From contig CAWGSK010000012.1 in the NCBI GenBank assembly GCA_963825055.1, positions 416,001 through 480,000 of the forward strand: DNA of 64,000 bases. Direction: 5' to 3'. The translations under genes and the position numbers were made by a program. Positions 37,696-47,972 of the stretch are shown piece after piece (position 1 is the first letter of the stretch; each line of letters starts with the position of its first letter). The notes below the pieces were generated by a model. It made no database searches and was not told the DNA's origin. It saw only the letters and a program-made list of their open reading frames with translations. This stretch comes from an uncultured Gemmatimonadales bacterium (GTDB taxonomy: Bacteria > Gemmatimonadota > Gemmatimonadetes > Gemmatimonadales > GWC2-71-9).

Positions 37696-38308
37696 CCTGG
37701 TCCACCGGCTGACCGAAGCGATCTTCACCCTCGGCTACCCGGGTATCGCCGCGCTGATGTTCATCGAGTCGTCATTCATCCCCTTTCCGAGCGAACTGGT
37801 CCTGCCTCCGGCGGGCTATCTGGCGGCGCAGGGACGGATGAGCATTCCGCTCGCCTTTCTCGCCGGCATTACCGGAAGCCTGCTCGGTGCGCTCTTCAAT
37901 TACTATGTCGCCGTCTACGTCGGGGAGCCCTTCCTCCGGCGTTACGGCAAGTACTTCTTCGTGAAACCGCAGGCGCTCGACAAGGCCGAGGCCTTCTTCC
38001 GCCGCCATGGGGAAATCGGGACCTTCATCGGCCGGCTGGTGCCGGTCGTGCGTCAGCTGATTTCTGTCCCGGCTGGCCTGGCCCGGATGCATCTTGGCCG
38101 TTTCCTTTTCTATACGGGCCTCGGGGCAGGGGTCTGGTGCGCCGTGTTGCTCTACATCGGGTGGCTCCTGGGCCGGCATGAGGCTGTGTTGCGCGAGGCT
38201 GCGGTCGCGGCCTATACCAACCGGGCCCTGATGTACCTGCTGCCCGCCATGCTGCTGATCATCGGCCTGTACGTGCTCGCGCAGCGGAGGCGGAAGGCGG
38301 TGGAGTGA
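37685..38308 (+). CDS. DedA family membrane protein
   Basis: ESSFIPFPSELVLPPAG, GRLVPVVRQLISVPAG. Confidence 0.9.
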   Translation: MLSDLVHRLTEAIFTLGYPGIAALMFIESSFIPFPSELVLPPAGYLAAQGRMSIPLAFLAGITGSLLGALFNYYVAVYVGEPFLRRYGKYFFVKPQALDKAEAFFRRHGEIGTFIGRLVPVVRQLISVPAGLARMHLGRFLFYTGLGAGVWCAVLLYIGWLLGRHEAVLREAAVAAYTNRALMYLLPAMLLIIGLYVLAQRRRKAVE

Positions 38309-38580
38309 AGACGGTCCGCTACCTGGTCTCCGGCCGTGTGCAGGGGGTCGGATTCCGGTGGTTCGTCAGGCTGAGCGCCGAAGAAACCGGCGTTTTCGGG
38401 TACGCCAGGAATCTCCGGGACGGACGGGTCGAAGTGGTCGGTCAGGGAACCGAGGCAAACCTGCTGCAGTTCGAGGCCCGTCTGCGTGAAGGCCCGCCGC
38501 TCTCCCATGTTGATAACGTGGGAAAGTCCGATATCCTGCCTGAGTATGACACGTTTAACTCATTTGATATCAGGCACTAA
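38305..38580 (+). CDS. acyP: Acylphosphatase
   Basis: GRVQGVGFR, GYARNLRDGRVE. Confidence 0.93.
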   Translation: MKTVRYLVSGRVQGVGFRWFVRLSAEETGVFGYARNLRDGRVEVVGQGTEANLLQFEARLREGPPLSHVDNVGKSDILPEYDTFNSFDIRH

Positions 38581-38629
38581 TGCCTGTGATACAATCCATA
38601 ACATGAGGTAGGACGATTTCAGCAAATCA

Positions 38630-39137
38630 ATGGAAGGAACTGATCAGGGTTGTTCCGGACTACCCCTCTCCCGGAGTGATGTTTCAGGACATCACTCCGG
38701 TTCTGGCGGATGCCGCCGCCCTGGCGGAGGTCATCGGGGCCCTCGCGGAAGAGTTCTGGGACCAGGACGTGACCCGGGTGGCGGGGATCGAGGCCAGGGG
38801 GCTCATTCTCGGGGCCGCAGTGGCCGTGGAACTCGGCGTCGGGTTCGTCCCGCTGAGGAAGGCCGGGCGGCTCCCGTGGAAGACCCTCCGGGAGGCGTAT
38901 GCCCTGGAGTACGGCAACGATGCGCTTGAGCTGCATGTCGATGTGCTGGACGTGGACGACCGGGTGCTGATCGTGGATGACGTCCTGGCGACCGGGGGGA
39001 CCGCCCGGGCCGCTGGAGCGCTCGTTCGCCGGGCCGGAGCCGAAGTGGTGGGATGGACCTTCCTCCTCGCCATTGCCGGACTGAAGGGCCGTGAGCAGCT
39101 TACCGGGGCCCCGGTGTCGGTGCTGCATTCGGTGTAG
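38630..39137 (+). CDS. apt: Adenine phosphoribosyltransferase; 5' end needs a +1 frameshift after ATG 38630 or a non-canonical start
   Basis: LIRVVPDYPSPGVMFQDIT, IEARG, RKAGRLP, YALEYG, VDDVLATGGT; the conserved N-terminus lies upstream of the called GTG 38676. Confidence 0.9.
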
Positions 39138-39211
39138 GGTCGAAGGTCGAGGCGTCGAACGGGGCGGTTGACCCGGGGACGGGGCCTTCCCTTATTTCCG
39201 CTGCCTTCTGC

Positions 39212-39285
39212 GCCCCCGTAGCTCAGCTGGATAGAGCAGCAGTTTCCTAAACTGTTGGCCGCAGGTTCGAGTCCTGCCGGGGGCA
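39212..39285 (+). tRNA. tRNA-Arg (CCT), CCA not encoded
   Basis: Acceptor GCCCCCG/CGGGGGC, anticodon loop TTCCTAA, T-loop GGTTCGAGTCC. Confidence 0.95.
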
Positions 39286-39395
39286 TCCCTCCCACAACCG
39301 ACTGCATCACGCGCCTGGCGCGGCCATTCCTGGACTCTCCCTTCTCCTCCTGCGCCTGTTGCTGGAGGTGGAGCGCTGGCGGTCGTCTGATGCCT

Positions 39396-39432
39396 GAAAC
39401 AGAGGCGGCGCCCGGCCTGGCCGGGCGCCGCC
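39396..39432 (-). terminator. Intrinsic terminator of the S8 protease gene
   Basis: GGCGGCGCCCGGC-CTG-GCCGGGCGCCGCC (39404-39432), followed on - strand by TCTGTTTC. Confidence 0.7.
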
Positions 39433-39454
39433 CTACCGTCGTGAGGAGCCGGGA

Positions 39455-40765
39455 TCAGTTGTTGCCTGAGAGCGAACCACCGGTGACGGCCCGGTAACTG
39501 TTGAGGCGTCCGTTGCCGAACGTCTGGTCGTAGCCGGCCGGGCCGAGATTATCCGTGGTCGACTCGATCCGGCTGCGGAGTGCGGACCCGCGCAATCCGG
39601 TTTTGGAGGCCACGATGCCCGCGGTTCCGGTCACCTGCGGCGCGGCCATGGACGTGCCCTGGAAATACGCATACCCGCCGATGACCGAGCTGTAGATCCC
39701 GGATTCCTCGCTGGTGTTGCTGTACATCTCACCGCCGGGAGCGGTGATGTCGAGCCCCGGTCCCCAGTTCGAGTAGTACGTCAGCGCGTCCTGCCAGTTG
39801 CTCGCGGCAACCGAAATGGCGAGCGGGTCGCAGGCCGGGCAGCTTACCGTGCCGGTCCCATCGTTGCCCGCGGACGCAATCACGAGCATACCTTTCGTGT
39901 TGACGGCGTACTGGATCGCGCTCTTTTCCGCGTTCGACTCGCTGCTGCCTCCAAGGCTCAGGTTCATTGCCACCAGGCCCGGGTAATCGGCCGCGGCCCG
40001 GATGGCACTCGCAATATCCGCGCTGGGGCAGCCACGGCGGCCGCAGACCTTCTGGACGTACACCCTGACGTTCGTGCCCGCGCCGGAGACGCCGGCGATG
40101 CCGACCGTCTGTCCGGCCATGGTTCCGGTCGTATGGGTTCCATGGTCCTCGTCATCCGACGGATCGCTGTCGTTGTTGTACCAGTCCTGTCCTGCGATCA
40201 ACTGGCCGGGGGCGAACTCCGGGTGAGTGAAGTCAACGCCAGTGTCGATGCTGCCAAGGACGACCGGCGCGCCACCGGCGGCGTATCCCTCCACGTTGTC
40301 CTCGTCGGCGTCGGCGGTCGAAAAGTATGAACTCACGACCTGACCCCTGGTCTTGCCCCGGGTAAAGCGGATGGACAGACCTCCCGGGTTGTAGAAGGCC
40401 CACATCTCGGGCCGGATCGTGGTCACCTGGCGGAGATAATTGGGCTCGGCGTAGGCGACTCTCGCGTCCCGGGCGAGACGTGCGGCCATCGCCCGTTCGG
40501 CGCCAGCTGCACCACGCATGACGACGAAGGCATCACCGTAGCCATGGCGTCCTACCGCCAGTCCGTGGGTGCTGGCCACCGATGCCGCGTCGGCGCCCCG
40601 GACCAGCGAAACGACCAGCTCACCGGGCACGACCTGCTCGGGCCCACGATTGAGCGCCAGCGGCTGGCCGGCCGCCGCACTGGCGAGGGAGGGCTCGGAA
40701 GGGGAACGCGACTCGCCACACGCGGCCACTGTGAGCGCGGCTACCGTCAGCAGAAGACGACGCAT
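39455..40765 (-). CDS. Subtilisin-like S8 serine protease, lipoprotein with propeptide
   Basis: Lipobox VAAC; propeptide ...YAEPNY; catalytic SIDTG, HGTH, SAGN, GTSMAAP; GGAGA RBS. Confidence 0.92.
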   Translation of the reverse strand: MRRLLLTVAALTVAACGESRSPSEPSLASAAAGQPLALNRGPEQVVPGELVVSLVRGADAASVASTHGLAVGRHGYGDAFVVMRGAAGAERAMAARLARDARVAYAEPNYLRQVTTIRPEMWAFYNPGGLSIRFTRGKTRGQVVSSYFSTADADEDNVEGYAAGGAPVVLGSIDTGVDFTHPEFAPGQLIAGQDWYNNDSDPSDDEDHGTHTTGTMAGQTVGIAGVSGAGTNVRVYVQKVCGRRGCPSADIASAIRAAADYPGLVAMNLSLGGSSESNAEKSAIQYAVNTKGMLVIASAGNDGTGTVSCPACDPLAISVAASNWQDALTYYSNWGPGLDITAPGGEMYSNTSEESGIYSSVIGGYAYFQGTSMAAPQVTGTAGIVASKTGLRGSALRSRIESTTDNLGPAGYDQTFGNGRLNSYRAVTGGSLSGNN

Positions 40766-40880
40766 GAATGTGTCTCCATTCTCAATGGGCCAGACGCAGA
40801 AGCCTGCATGCCTGGCTTGGGCCGGAAAGGGGCCGGAGTGGGTCAGGGGAGGACCCGGGGAAGGCGACGTTACCGGCTCC

Positions 40881-40909
40881 ATGATCGCGCGCGGCGGGTG
40901 GGACGTCAA
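40881..40909 (-). promoter_or_regulatory. Putative sigma70 promoter of the S8 gene
   Basis: On - strand TTGACG-17 bp-GATCAT. Confidence 0.45.
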
Positions 40910-41042
40910 GAGGTCCGCGGGCTCTGTCCGCCGTGCCGGGGCGCTGGCGAGCAGTCCCTCCCGGGGTAGCGCCCCCGGGGGTGGGTGTTTACCCTTACAG
41001 CGCGGTTTTCAGGGCAGTGATGGCCTTCCTCGAGACAATTTC

Positions 41043-41711
41043 ATGGCGACGACCTTGCAAGAACGCGTAACGACCGACACGAAAGACGAGACCTACCGTG
41101 GGACCATGGCCTGGATCCTGGAGAAGCGCCGCATACTGCTTGGCGCCGCTGCCGTGGTCGTGGTGGTCCTGCTTGGCGTGTGGTTCTTCACCACGGCCAC
41201 GCGGCGGAAGGAGGCTTTCGCCATGCAGGCGCTCTCCAACGCCCGATCCACGGCCGAGTCAGGTAACCTCCCGCAGGCCTCCACCCAGCTTCAGCAGGTG
41301 ATCTCGACTTATCCAGGGACGGACGCTGCCCATGAGGCGGAACTGTCCCTGAATCAGGTCCGGCTGATCAATAACCAGGCTGAACTGGCCGTGGTGCGGC
41401 TCCGCGAGTTCGTGAGTTCGAACCCCGGGACCCGGTATGTGATGGCAGGGAACGCACTTCTTGGCGCCGCCCTCGAGAATACGGGAAAGGCGAAGGAAGC
41501 CGCGGACGCCTACGAGGCAGCGGCATCCGCGGCCGACGTGGGCTACCTGAAGGCCGGCTACCTGATCGAAGCCGCAAGGGCCTGGGAGGATGCGGGCCAG
41601 AAGGACACGGCCGTCGCCACGCTCCGGAGGGTGGTTGAGAAATACCCGGACACCGACAAGTTCACCGAGGCTCAGATTCGCCTGGCCGAGCTGACCGGCG
41701 GGCGCATGTAG
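41043..41711 (+). CDS. Single-pass membrane TPR protein (YfgM-like)
   Basis: N-terminal TM helix, then TPR-like helices with YPGTDAA and YPDT turns. Confidence 0.75.
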   Translation: MATTLQERVTTDTKDETYRGTMAWILEKRRILLGAAAVVVVVLLGVWFFTTATRRKEAFAMQALSNARSTAESGNLPQASTQLQQVISTYPGTDAAHEAELSLNQVRLINNQAELAVVRLREFVSSNPGTRYVMAGNALLGAALENTGKAKEAADAYEAAASAADVGYLKAGYLIEAARAWEDAGQKDTAVATLRRVVEKYPDTDKFTEAQIRLAELTGGRM

Positions 41712-41740
41712 GAACGGCCTGATCTCGGCCCTGATCGACC

Positions 41741-41768
41741 AGCCCGGCCACCTTGGCCGGGCTTTTTT
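41741..41768 (+). terminator. Intrinsic terminator
   Basis: AGCCCGGCCA-CCT-TGGCCGGGCT then TTTTT. Confidence 0.85.
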
Positions 41769-41947
41769 CGCTCCAGGCCGAGGCGGTTGTGGCCGGGATC
41801 CCGCGCAAACTCGCCCCCAGGGTGGCTGGAACCCTTACACCGATCCTGCGGGGCGTATCCGGGATGGCGTTGTCCTGTAGCGTTGCCGCAGGGCAGAGAT
41901 CCTGGCCGTTTTTGAGGCGCCATCAACACGCCACTGCCTTAACATCT

Positions 41948-41975
41948 ATGTCGTATAAGATATGTTATGTTAACT
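41948..41975 (+). other. dif: dif chromosome dimer resolution site (XerC/XerD)
   Basis: ATGTCGTATAA-GATATG-TTATGTTAACT: 11-6-11 layout; right arm 10/11 identical to the E. coli XerD arm TTATGTTAAAT; intergenic, at the point where gene orientation converges. Confidence 0.9.
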
Positions 41976-42049
41976 AGCTTGGTTGATAACTGTTGATAAG
42001 TGGGCAATGCCCCCCCTCGGGCCCTCAGATCAGCCGATTGTTGTATGGG

Positions 42050-42854
42050 TTATCCACCCAGGGATCCCTCGTAGACCAGACGGCCTTCGCCGGCCAGCCA
42101 GAGGTCGGTGGCTCTCGTACCGCTGATGGTCGCGGAGATCTGGAGGTTCTTCCCCCCTCGGCTCCGGATGGTGACCGGGAGTGTCGCATTTTTGTACACG
42201 GCAAGCGAGAGTGCCGAGGCAACGGCACCAGTGCCGCATGCCCAGGTCTCCCCCTCTACGCCACGTTCAAAGGTCCGCATGGCCCAGCCCGCGGGCCCGG
42301 CGGCGACGAAATTGGCGTTGGCACCATCCGGAAAGGCGGGATTCCACCGGATCGCCCTGCCCCGCTCCATCAGGTCCTCGCGTTCAAGGTCTTCCAGGAG
42401 CACCACGGCGTGGGGAACCCCAACGGTGCCGATCCAGACTCCCGACTCTCCTGGAACCAGCGAAACGCCCGCTGGTACGGGGACCTCGACCGGAGGCAGG
42501 TTCAGCGCTGCCCCCCATGGCTCGTCAGCGCAGCGGGTCGAGAATGTGCCCGCGTCGGTCTCAAGGGTCATTCCTTCCGGATCGGCCATTCCGAGGTGGC
42601 TCGCGAGGCGTGTGCTGCAGAGCGCAGCGTTGCCGCACATCGAGGCCCGGGTGCCGTCGGCGTTCCAGTACTCCATCCGGACCCGGCCGCTCCCGGAGGG
42701 CGTGAGGATTACCAGACCATCGGCGCCGACGCCCTCGCGACGGGTGCATACCTCCGCAATGCGTTCCGCCGGCCAGCTCGGAAGTCCGCTCCCGGCGCCC
42801 GTCGAGCATGACGAAGTCATTGCCCGAGCCGGTCATCTTGTAGAAATGGGTCAC
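42050..42854 (-). CDS. dapF: Diaminopimelate epimerase; +1 frameshift near 42792, probably a sequence error
   Basis: FYKMTGSGNDFV in one frame; GVGADG, NADG...MCGN, GVPH, GANANF, TFERGVEGETWACGTG in the next. Confidence 0.92.
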
Positions 42855-43570
42855 AGACCACCCACCAGTGAAAGCAGGCGGAGCCACCACACCATCCAGA
42901 TCGCCTCCCGGACGATCTTCCGGTTCATCTTGCTCTGCCCCTCCACTCGGTCGGTGAAGACGATCGGGATCTCAACGAGCCGGAAGTCTTTTTTCCAGGC
43001 CCGGAAGCTCATTTCGATCTGGAAGGCGTAGCCGTTCGATTTAACTGACTTCAAATCAACACCTTCCAGCACAGATCTGCGAAAACACTTGAATCCGCCG
43101 GTCGCATCGGTGAGGGGCAGACCCGTTACCCAGCGGGCGTAGATGTTCGCGTAGTAGGAGAGAAGGAGCCTGCCCATCGGCCAGTTGATGACATTTACCC
43201 CGCTCTTGTAGCGGGACCCGATCACGAGATCGGCGTCCTCGATCGCCTGGAGGAAGTGGGGCAACCGGGCCGGCTCGTGGCTGAAATCGGCGTCCATCTC
43301 GAAGACGACGTCGTACCCCTGTTCCAGTGCCCAGCCGAATCCGGCCAGGTACGCCTTCCCGAGTCCCTGCTTGGCCTCACGATGCAGGACGTGGATGCGC
43401 GGGTTGGCCTCCGCCATGCCATCGGCCATATCCCCCGTCCCATCGGGCGAGCCGTCGTCCACGATGAGGAGCTCGATCCGCGGATCCTGCGCCAGAACGG
43501 CGGGCACGATGTGCGGCAGGTTCAGCGCCTCGTTATACGTCGGCATGACGACCAGGAGCCGATCAGACAC
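42851..43570 (-). CDS. Polyprenol monophosphomannose synthase-like GT2
   Basis: MPTYNE, VDDGSPDGTG, MDADFSH, GSRY, DATGGFKCFR, NGYAFQIE. Confidence 0.9.
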   Translation of the reverse strand: MSDRLLVVMPTYNEALNLPHIVPAVLAQDPRIELLIVDDGSPDGTGDMADGMAEANPRIHVLHREAKQGLGKAYLAGFGWALEQGYDVVFEMDADFSHEPARLPHFLQAIEDADLVIGSRYKSGVNVINWPMGRLLLSYYANIYARWVTGLPLTDATGGFKCFRRSVLEGVDLKSVKSNGYAFQIEMSFRAWKKDFRLVEIPIVFTDRVEGQSKMNRKIVREAIWMVWWLRLLSLVGGL

Positions 43571-45924
43571 GCGCCGCCCTCTTCGCGAGTACGCCGGGTA
43601 CGACGAGCAATCCCGCCACCAGGACCAGGCTGAGGAGCGAGATGACCTTCCCCGTCGCATAGGCGTCGCTCCGGAACTCCAGGGCCACGGACTTCGCGCC
43701 TGGCGGGAGTTCCAGGCTGATGAGCGCATCATCCCCGCGGAGGACCTGGGCGTCGCGACCGTCGATGGTGGCCCGCCAGTCGGGATACCAGGTCTCGCTC
43801 ACGAGGAGGTAGGTTGGCGTCGGCCGACTCGCCGGCCAGGGCGATCTCCATGCGGCCGGGTTGCCAGCTCTGGATGGTGGCCGTCACGCCGGCTTCCGGC
43901 AGCGGGTTGCCGGCTATCGGCCTCGGGGCGATCGTGGCCGTATCCGGATAGAGGACCACCTGGTTTGCCGGGAAGCGCGGGTCGATCACCGTGGGAACGA
44001 GCCGGTCTTCCGGGATCCTGGCCGCGCTGGCGGTCACCCGCACGTACGGCGGGATGGTATCCGCTTCGTAGAGCACCGCCCGGGCACCCTCGGCCGTCAC
44101 TGCAGGTCCCACGACTTTATGGAATCCCGGGACGTCCTGTTCGCCGGGCATGATGAGGTATCTGACTCCGAGCAGGTCAAGCAGGTTCAGGCGCAGGTGG
44201 TTGGCGTACACGCCCTTCCCTCCCAGCAGTTCATCGTACATCCGCACTTCATTGCCATGATATCCGAGCAGCTGCTGAACCCGGTACGCCATGAGGGTGG
44301 ATCCCTGATAGACGCTGCCGGGATCGTGGACCCGGAACGGGACCTGGTGCACGCCGTCAATGTGAGCCGCGTCGCGAAGGTGCGCCGTGACGGCGTCATC
44401 GGCGAAGACCACCGCCGCCCTCGGCTGGTAGTGGAAGAAAAGCCGGTCGATGCTCCAGAGGTCGCCGGTCACGACCGCCACGAGGACTGCCGCCGCGAGG
44501 GCGCCCCGCAGCATGCCGTTCCAGACGGCCCAGAGCGCGATGCCGGTGACGGCCGTGACGAACAGGAGGCGGAGGGATCCGGCCCGGAGCGCGTCGGCGT
44601 TGGCGGCCAGGGCGCCCGTCCGCTGGGGGAGCACGAAGGCATTGGCCAGGTTCTGGAGGCCGCCGATGGCGCCCAGGATGGCGATCCCGGCGATGATCCC
44701 CGTCGCCCACGCGATGCGCGACCACCCGATTTCGTTATGCAGCAGTCGCTCGATCCCGATCGCGGCCCATATGCAGGCGGGCAGCGCGACCAGGTAGAAC
44801 GCCATGCCCGGTGCGCGCACGCTCTTCATGAACGGCATTACCTCGTACCACAGTCGGTAGAATGGCGTATGCCGGCCGAGAGCAATGAGGAGGAAGAGCC
44901 CGGCGATGACCAGCAGGACGCGGATCAGGCCGCGGAACTTGCGGCTGCCGAAGGCCAGCGCCGCGGGAATGAGCACCGCGACGCCCAGGTACTCGGTGTG
45001 GAGTTTGAGCGGGTTCTGTCCCCAGTAGTCGCGGAGGATCCCGTTGAACTGGGGCAGGATGGTGCTCATCAGCTCCTCGAGCGGGAGCGAATAGTTGGTC
45101 GCGTAGTCCCATCCATGGCTGGTTCCCTCCACGGCGCGGGGCGACCACTTGATGTACTCGAGGAACGGGACGGCCTGGATGGCGGACACGCCAAGGCCGA
45201 GGAGTACGGCCCCGAAGGCCGCGGCAAGCACCACCGGCCAGCGCCGGCCCGTGGGGCGTTCGGGGTCGAACAGCGCCAGGTACAGGGTCCAGATGCCGCA
45301 GGCAACCAGGAGGTAATAGGTCAGCTGGTAATGGGGCGATATGAGGCAGAGCCCGACGACGAGCGCGAAGAGGCCGTATCCCCATGCCCGGCGATCGCGC
45401 ACGGCACGCAGTAGGGCGAAGAACGCGAGCGGCGCGAGCGCCGACACGAAGAGCTTGCCGTCATGTCCCGGGCTCATGAGTGAGGCCACGATCCCCGAGA
45501 GTTCATATGCGACACCGCCCACCACCGCGCTGGTCCAGGACAGCCGGAGCGCCCGGAGCAGAATGTACATGAACCCGCCGGCCATCACGATGTGGATCGC
45601 GAAGGCCAGGTTCATTGCGATGTCCACGGGAAGTACCCAGCGGAGCCATGCCGACGGATAGAAGATGTCGCCATGCATGGCGGCGACGAACGGCATGCCG
45701 CCGAAGATGTATGGATTCCACTGGGGGATGCTGCCGGTCTCGCGGAAGTACTGCGCTCCGAAGAGCCGGAACGCGTATCCGGCGACGTACTGGTCATCGC
45801 CCAGCAGCCATTTCCCGGCCAGCATGGGGGCGCAGAGTGTGAGGGCCGCCAGGATGAACACGACCCACGCCATGAGGCGCGGCCGGCCGGGTTCATAGGG
45901 CACGATCGGATCAGGTTGCGACAC
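43563..45924 (-). CDS. YfhO-family polytopic membrane protein (putative GT-C glycosyltransferase); +1 frameshift near 43823
   Basis: PQWNPYIFGGMPF, FYP, many TM helices; C-terminal LLVSETWYPDWRATIDG...LPPG in the shifted frame. Confidence 0.8.
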
Positions 45925-46837
45925 GGGGTCTCTCCCGGGGGAAGAACAGGAACGGGACGGCAATGCCCAGTTCCGTGACCGTCAGCAGGAGCCGCGAGCC
46001 AATCGCCAGCGCGGTGGCGGCGGGAAGGCCGAGCGGCCCCTGCAGCATGAGCACCATCACACCTTCTCGAACCAGCAGGCCTCCGGGCACGAGCAGCGCC
46101 AGGAAGCCCACGACGTACGAGGCCGTGAACGCCCCGATCGCCAGCGGAACCGGGAGATCGAGGCCGGGCAGGAGCGCCAGGCCGAGCAGCCGGAACGCGA
46201 TCCCGTACCCGGCCCATGCCACCAGATTCGCGGCAATGCCGAGGAGGACGGCGCCGGGATGCGGGGGGCGCAGCTCCTGGCCGGGAAGAAACCGACTGAG
46301 CAGCCTCCGGGTCATTCCGGGCAGCAGGAGCAGCCCGACGCCGACCGCGCTGGCGATGCCCACGGCCGCCAACACCAGCCGGATCTCGGGATAGCGCGAC
46401 TCGAGCACCGCCGTGCCGGTCACCGCCACGAGCACCGCCCCCGTCCCCAGCGCGAACACCTGCAGAAGCACCGCACTGGCCGTCGCGGTCCACGGGGCGA
46501 CCCCCCGCTCCCGGGCCATGACCGCCATCCCGGCGATGGCCCACACCTTTCCCGGGATGTACTTCCCCAGGCTGGACAGCGACCAGATCCGGGCTGCACT
46601 GGCGAAGTCGAGCTGTTGGCCCCAGGTGACCAGGAGCGTGCGCCAGGCGGCAATCAGCACGAGGTACATGGCCCACACCATGACGGCGCTGGCCACGATG
46701 CCCGGGACCCGAACGTCCAGGTCCAGCGGCGTCCGGTGAAACTCCGCCCAGTTCCGGGCGAACGTCCGGCCCACGAACACGAGGACCAGGATGGCGGCAC
46801 TGGCCTGTACCAGCCGCCAGGCCATGCGCCTGGTCAT
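45911..46837 (-). CDS. Lysylphosphatidylglycerol-synthase TM domain / flippase-like membrane protein
   Basis: SSLGKYIPGKVW, VPGGLLVRE, SRLL; multiple TM helices. Confidence 0.8.
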   Translation of the reverse strand: MTRRMAWRLVQASAAILVLVFVGRTFARNWAEFHRTPLDLDVRVPGIVASAVMVWAMYLVLIAAWRTLLVTWGQQLDFASAARIWSLSSLGKYIPGKVWAIAGMAVMARERGVAPWTATASAVLLQVFALGTGAVLVAVTGTAVLESRYPEIRLVLAAVGIASAVGVGLLLLPGMTRRLLSRFLPGQELRPPHPGAVLLGIAANLVAWAGYGIAFRLLGLALLPGLDLPVPLAIGAFTASYVVGFLALLVPGGLLVREGVMVLMLQGPLGLPAATALAIGSRLLLTVTELGIAVPFLFFPRERPRVAT

Positions 46838-47967
46838 GCGATCGCCACGCGGTAGCAGGACTCGATCCGTGCGGCGGCTCGTTCCGGCGCCAGCTCCCGC
46901 CGCCACCGCATCCCGTGCTCCCGTGCTCCCTCCCAGCGTTTGCCGTCCTGCAGCGAGGCGCGGATCGCCGCCGCGAGCGCCACGGGATCGGGCGGCACCA
47001 GGCGTCCAGCGCGATCATCGGTGATGATGTCCCGGACTCCCCCGCCATCTTCGCACGCCACGACCGGAACGCCGGACATGAGCGACTCCGCGGCCACCAG
47101 CCCGAATCCCTCCGCCTTCGCCGGAAAGATCATCAGGTCGGCCCGGGCAAGGTATGCCGGGACGAGGTCGGGCGGCTGCCGGCCGGCGAACTGCACCCGC
47201 CCCTCCAGGCCAAGGGAACGTGCCAGCGCCTCGAGCGAACCGCGATCCGGGCCGTCGCCGATGACGGTGAGCGGCACGGTCTCCGGGAGATCCTGCATGG
47301 CGCGGATCGCAAGGTCCACCCGCTTCTGCGCCGTGAGGCGCGCCACCACCACAAGGCCCGCACCTCCGGTGCTCCAGCTTTGGAACCGCGAGGTGTCGAC
47401 CGGCATCGGCTGGACCAGCTCGGGGCCGATCTCGCGTCCCGTGTGCGTCCGGACATCGTTCGCGAGCGCGGAAGACACGGCAGTCACCACGGCCGCGCGG
47501 CGGAACACCGGTGCCGCCACCCACCGGGCCAGGGCAGAGCGGCGCAGGAGGGCGCCGTCGGTGCCGTGCACGGTGAGCACCAGGGGAACTCCGGCCGGCG
47601 AAGCGAGGCCGGCGGGGACCCACCAGTGCGCATGGATGAGGTCGGCCCCCCACCGGATTTCCTCCAGGGCCGCCTTGCGCATCGCGCGCCACAGGGCCAC
47701 GAGCGTCCGCCAGCCGGACGGGTGCCTGATGGCATCCGCCATGGTGCCACGATAGGCGAGCGTCTCCTGCTCCGCGTCGGCGTACCGGACGCGCCGCACC
47801 GGAATGCCTGCCAGCTCTCCTTCACCGGTCTCGCCCGCATCGCTCGGTGCCACCACGCGAATGTCATGGCCGCGGCCGCGGAGCGCCTGGCCCAGGGTCG
47901 CGAGGAAGGCGCCGGACATGTCGCCGGGGAAACGGGGGAAATTATGGGTGAGGAAGAGGATGCGCAC
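46834..47967 (-). CDS. GT4 family glycosyltransferase
   Basis: IHAHW, TVHGTD, ARLTAQK, GDGP, EGFGLVAAE. Confidence 0.9.
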   Translation of the reverse strand: MRILFLTHNFPRFPGDMSGAFLATLGQALRGRGHDIRVVAPSDAGETGEGELAGIPVRRVRYADAEQETLAYRGTMADAIRHPSGWRTLVALWRAMRKAALEEIRWGADLIHAHWWVPAGLASPAGVPLVLTVHGTDGALLRRSALARWVAAPVFRRAAVVTAVSSALANDVRTHTGREIGPELVQPMPVDTSRFQSWSTGGAGLVVVARLTAQKRVDLAIRAMQDLPETVPLTVIGDGPDRGSLEALARSLGLEGRVQFAGRQPPDLVPAYLARADLMIFPAKAEGFGLVAAESLMSGVPVVACEDGGGVRDIITDDRAGRLVPPDPVALAAAIRASLQDGKRWEGAREHGMRWRRELAPERAAARIESCYRVAIA

Positions 47968-47972
47968 GCGCG

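Noticed and set aside
39168..39198. tRNA-Arg promoter (TTGACC)
   Set aside because: -35 is plausible but there is no convincing -10 at 16-18 bp
41845..41895. Possible structured ncRNA upstream of dif (CCTGCGG...CCGCAGG)
   Set aside because: Only an imperfect GC-rich hairpin, with no promoter or family resemblance; expected by chance
41920..42065. oriC (AT-rich tract plus DnaA-like boxes)
   Set aside because: The AT-rich core is a dif 28-mer, genes converge rather than diverge here, and no dnaA/dnaN/gyrB/parAB is nearby
42050..42854. dapF, bshC, yihY, yfhO and apt as true pseudogenes
   Set aside because: Each has a single +1 lesion with intact motifs on both sides; an error pattern is more parsimonious pending a read check
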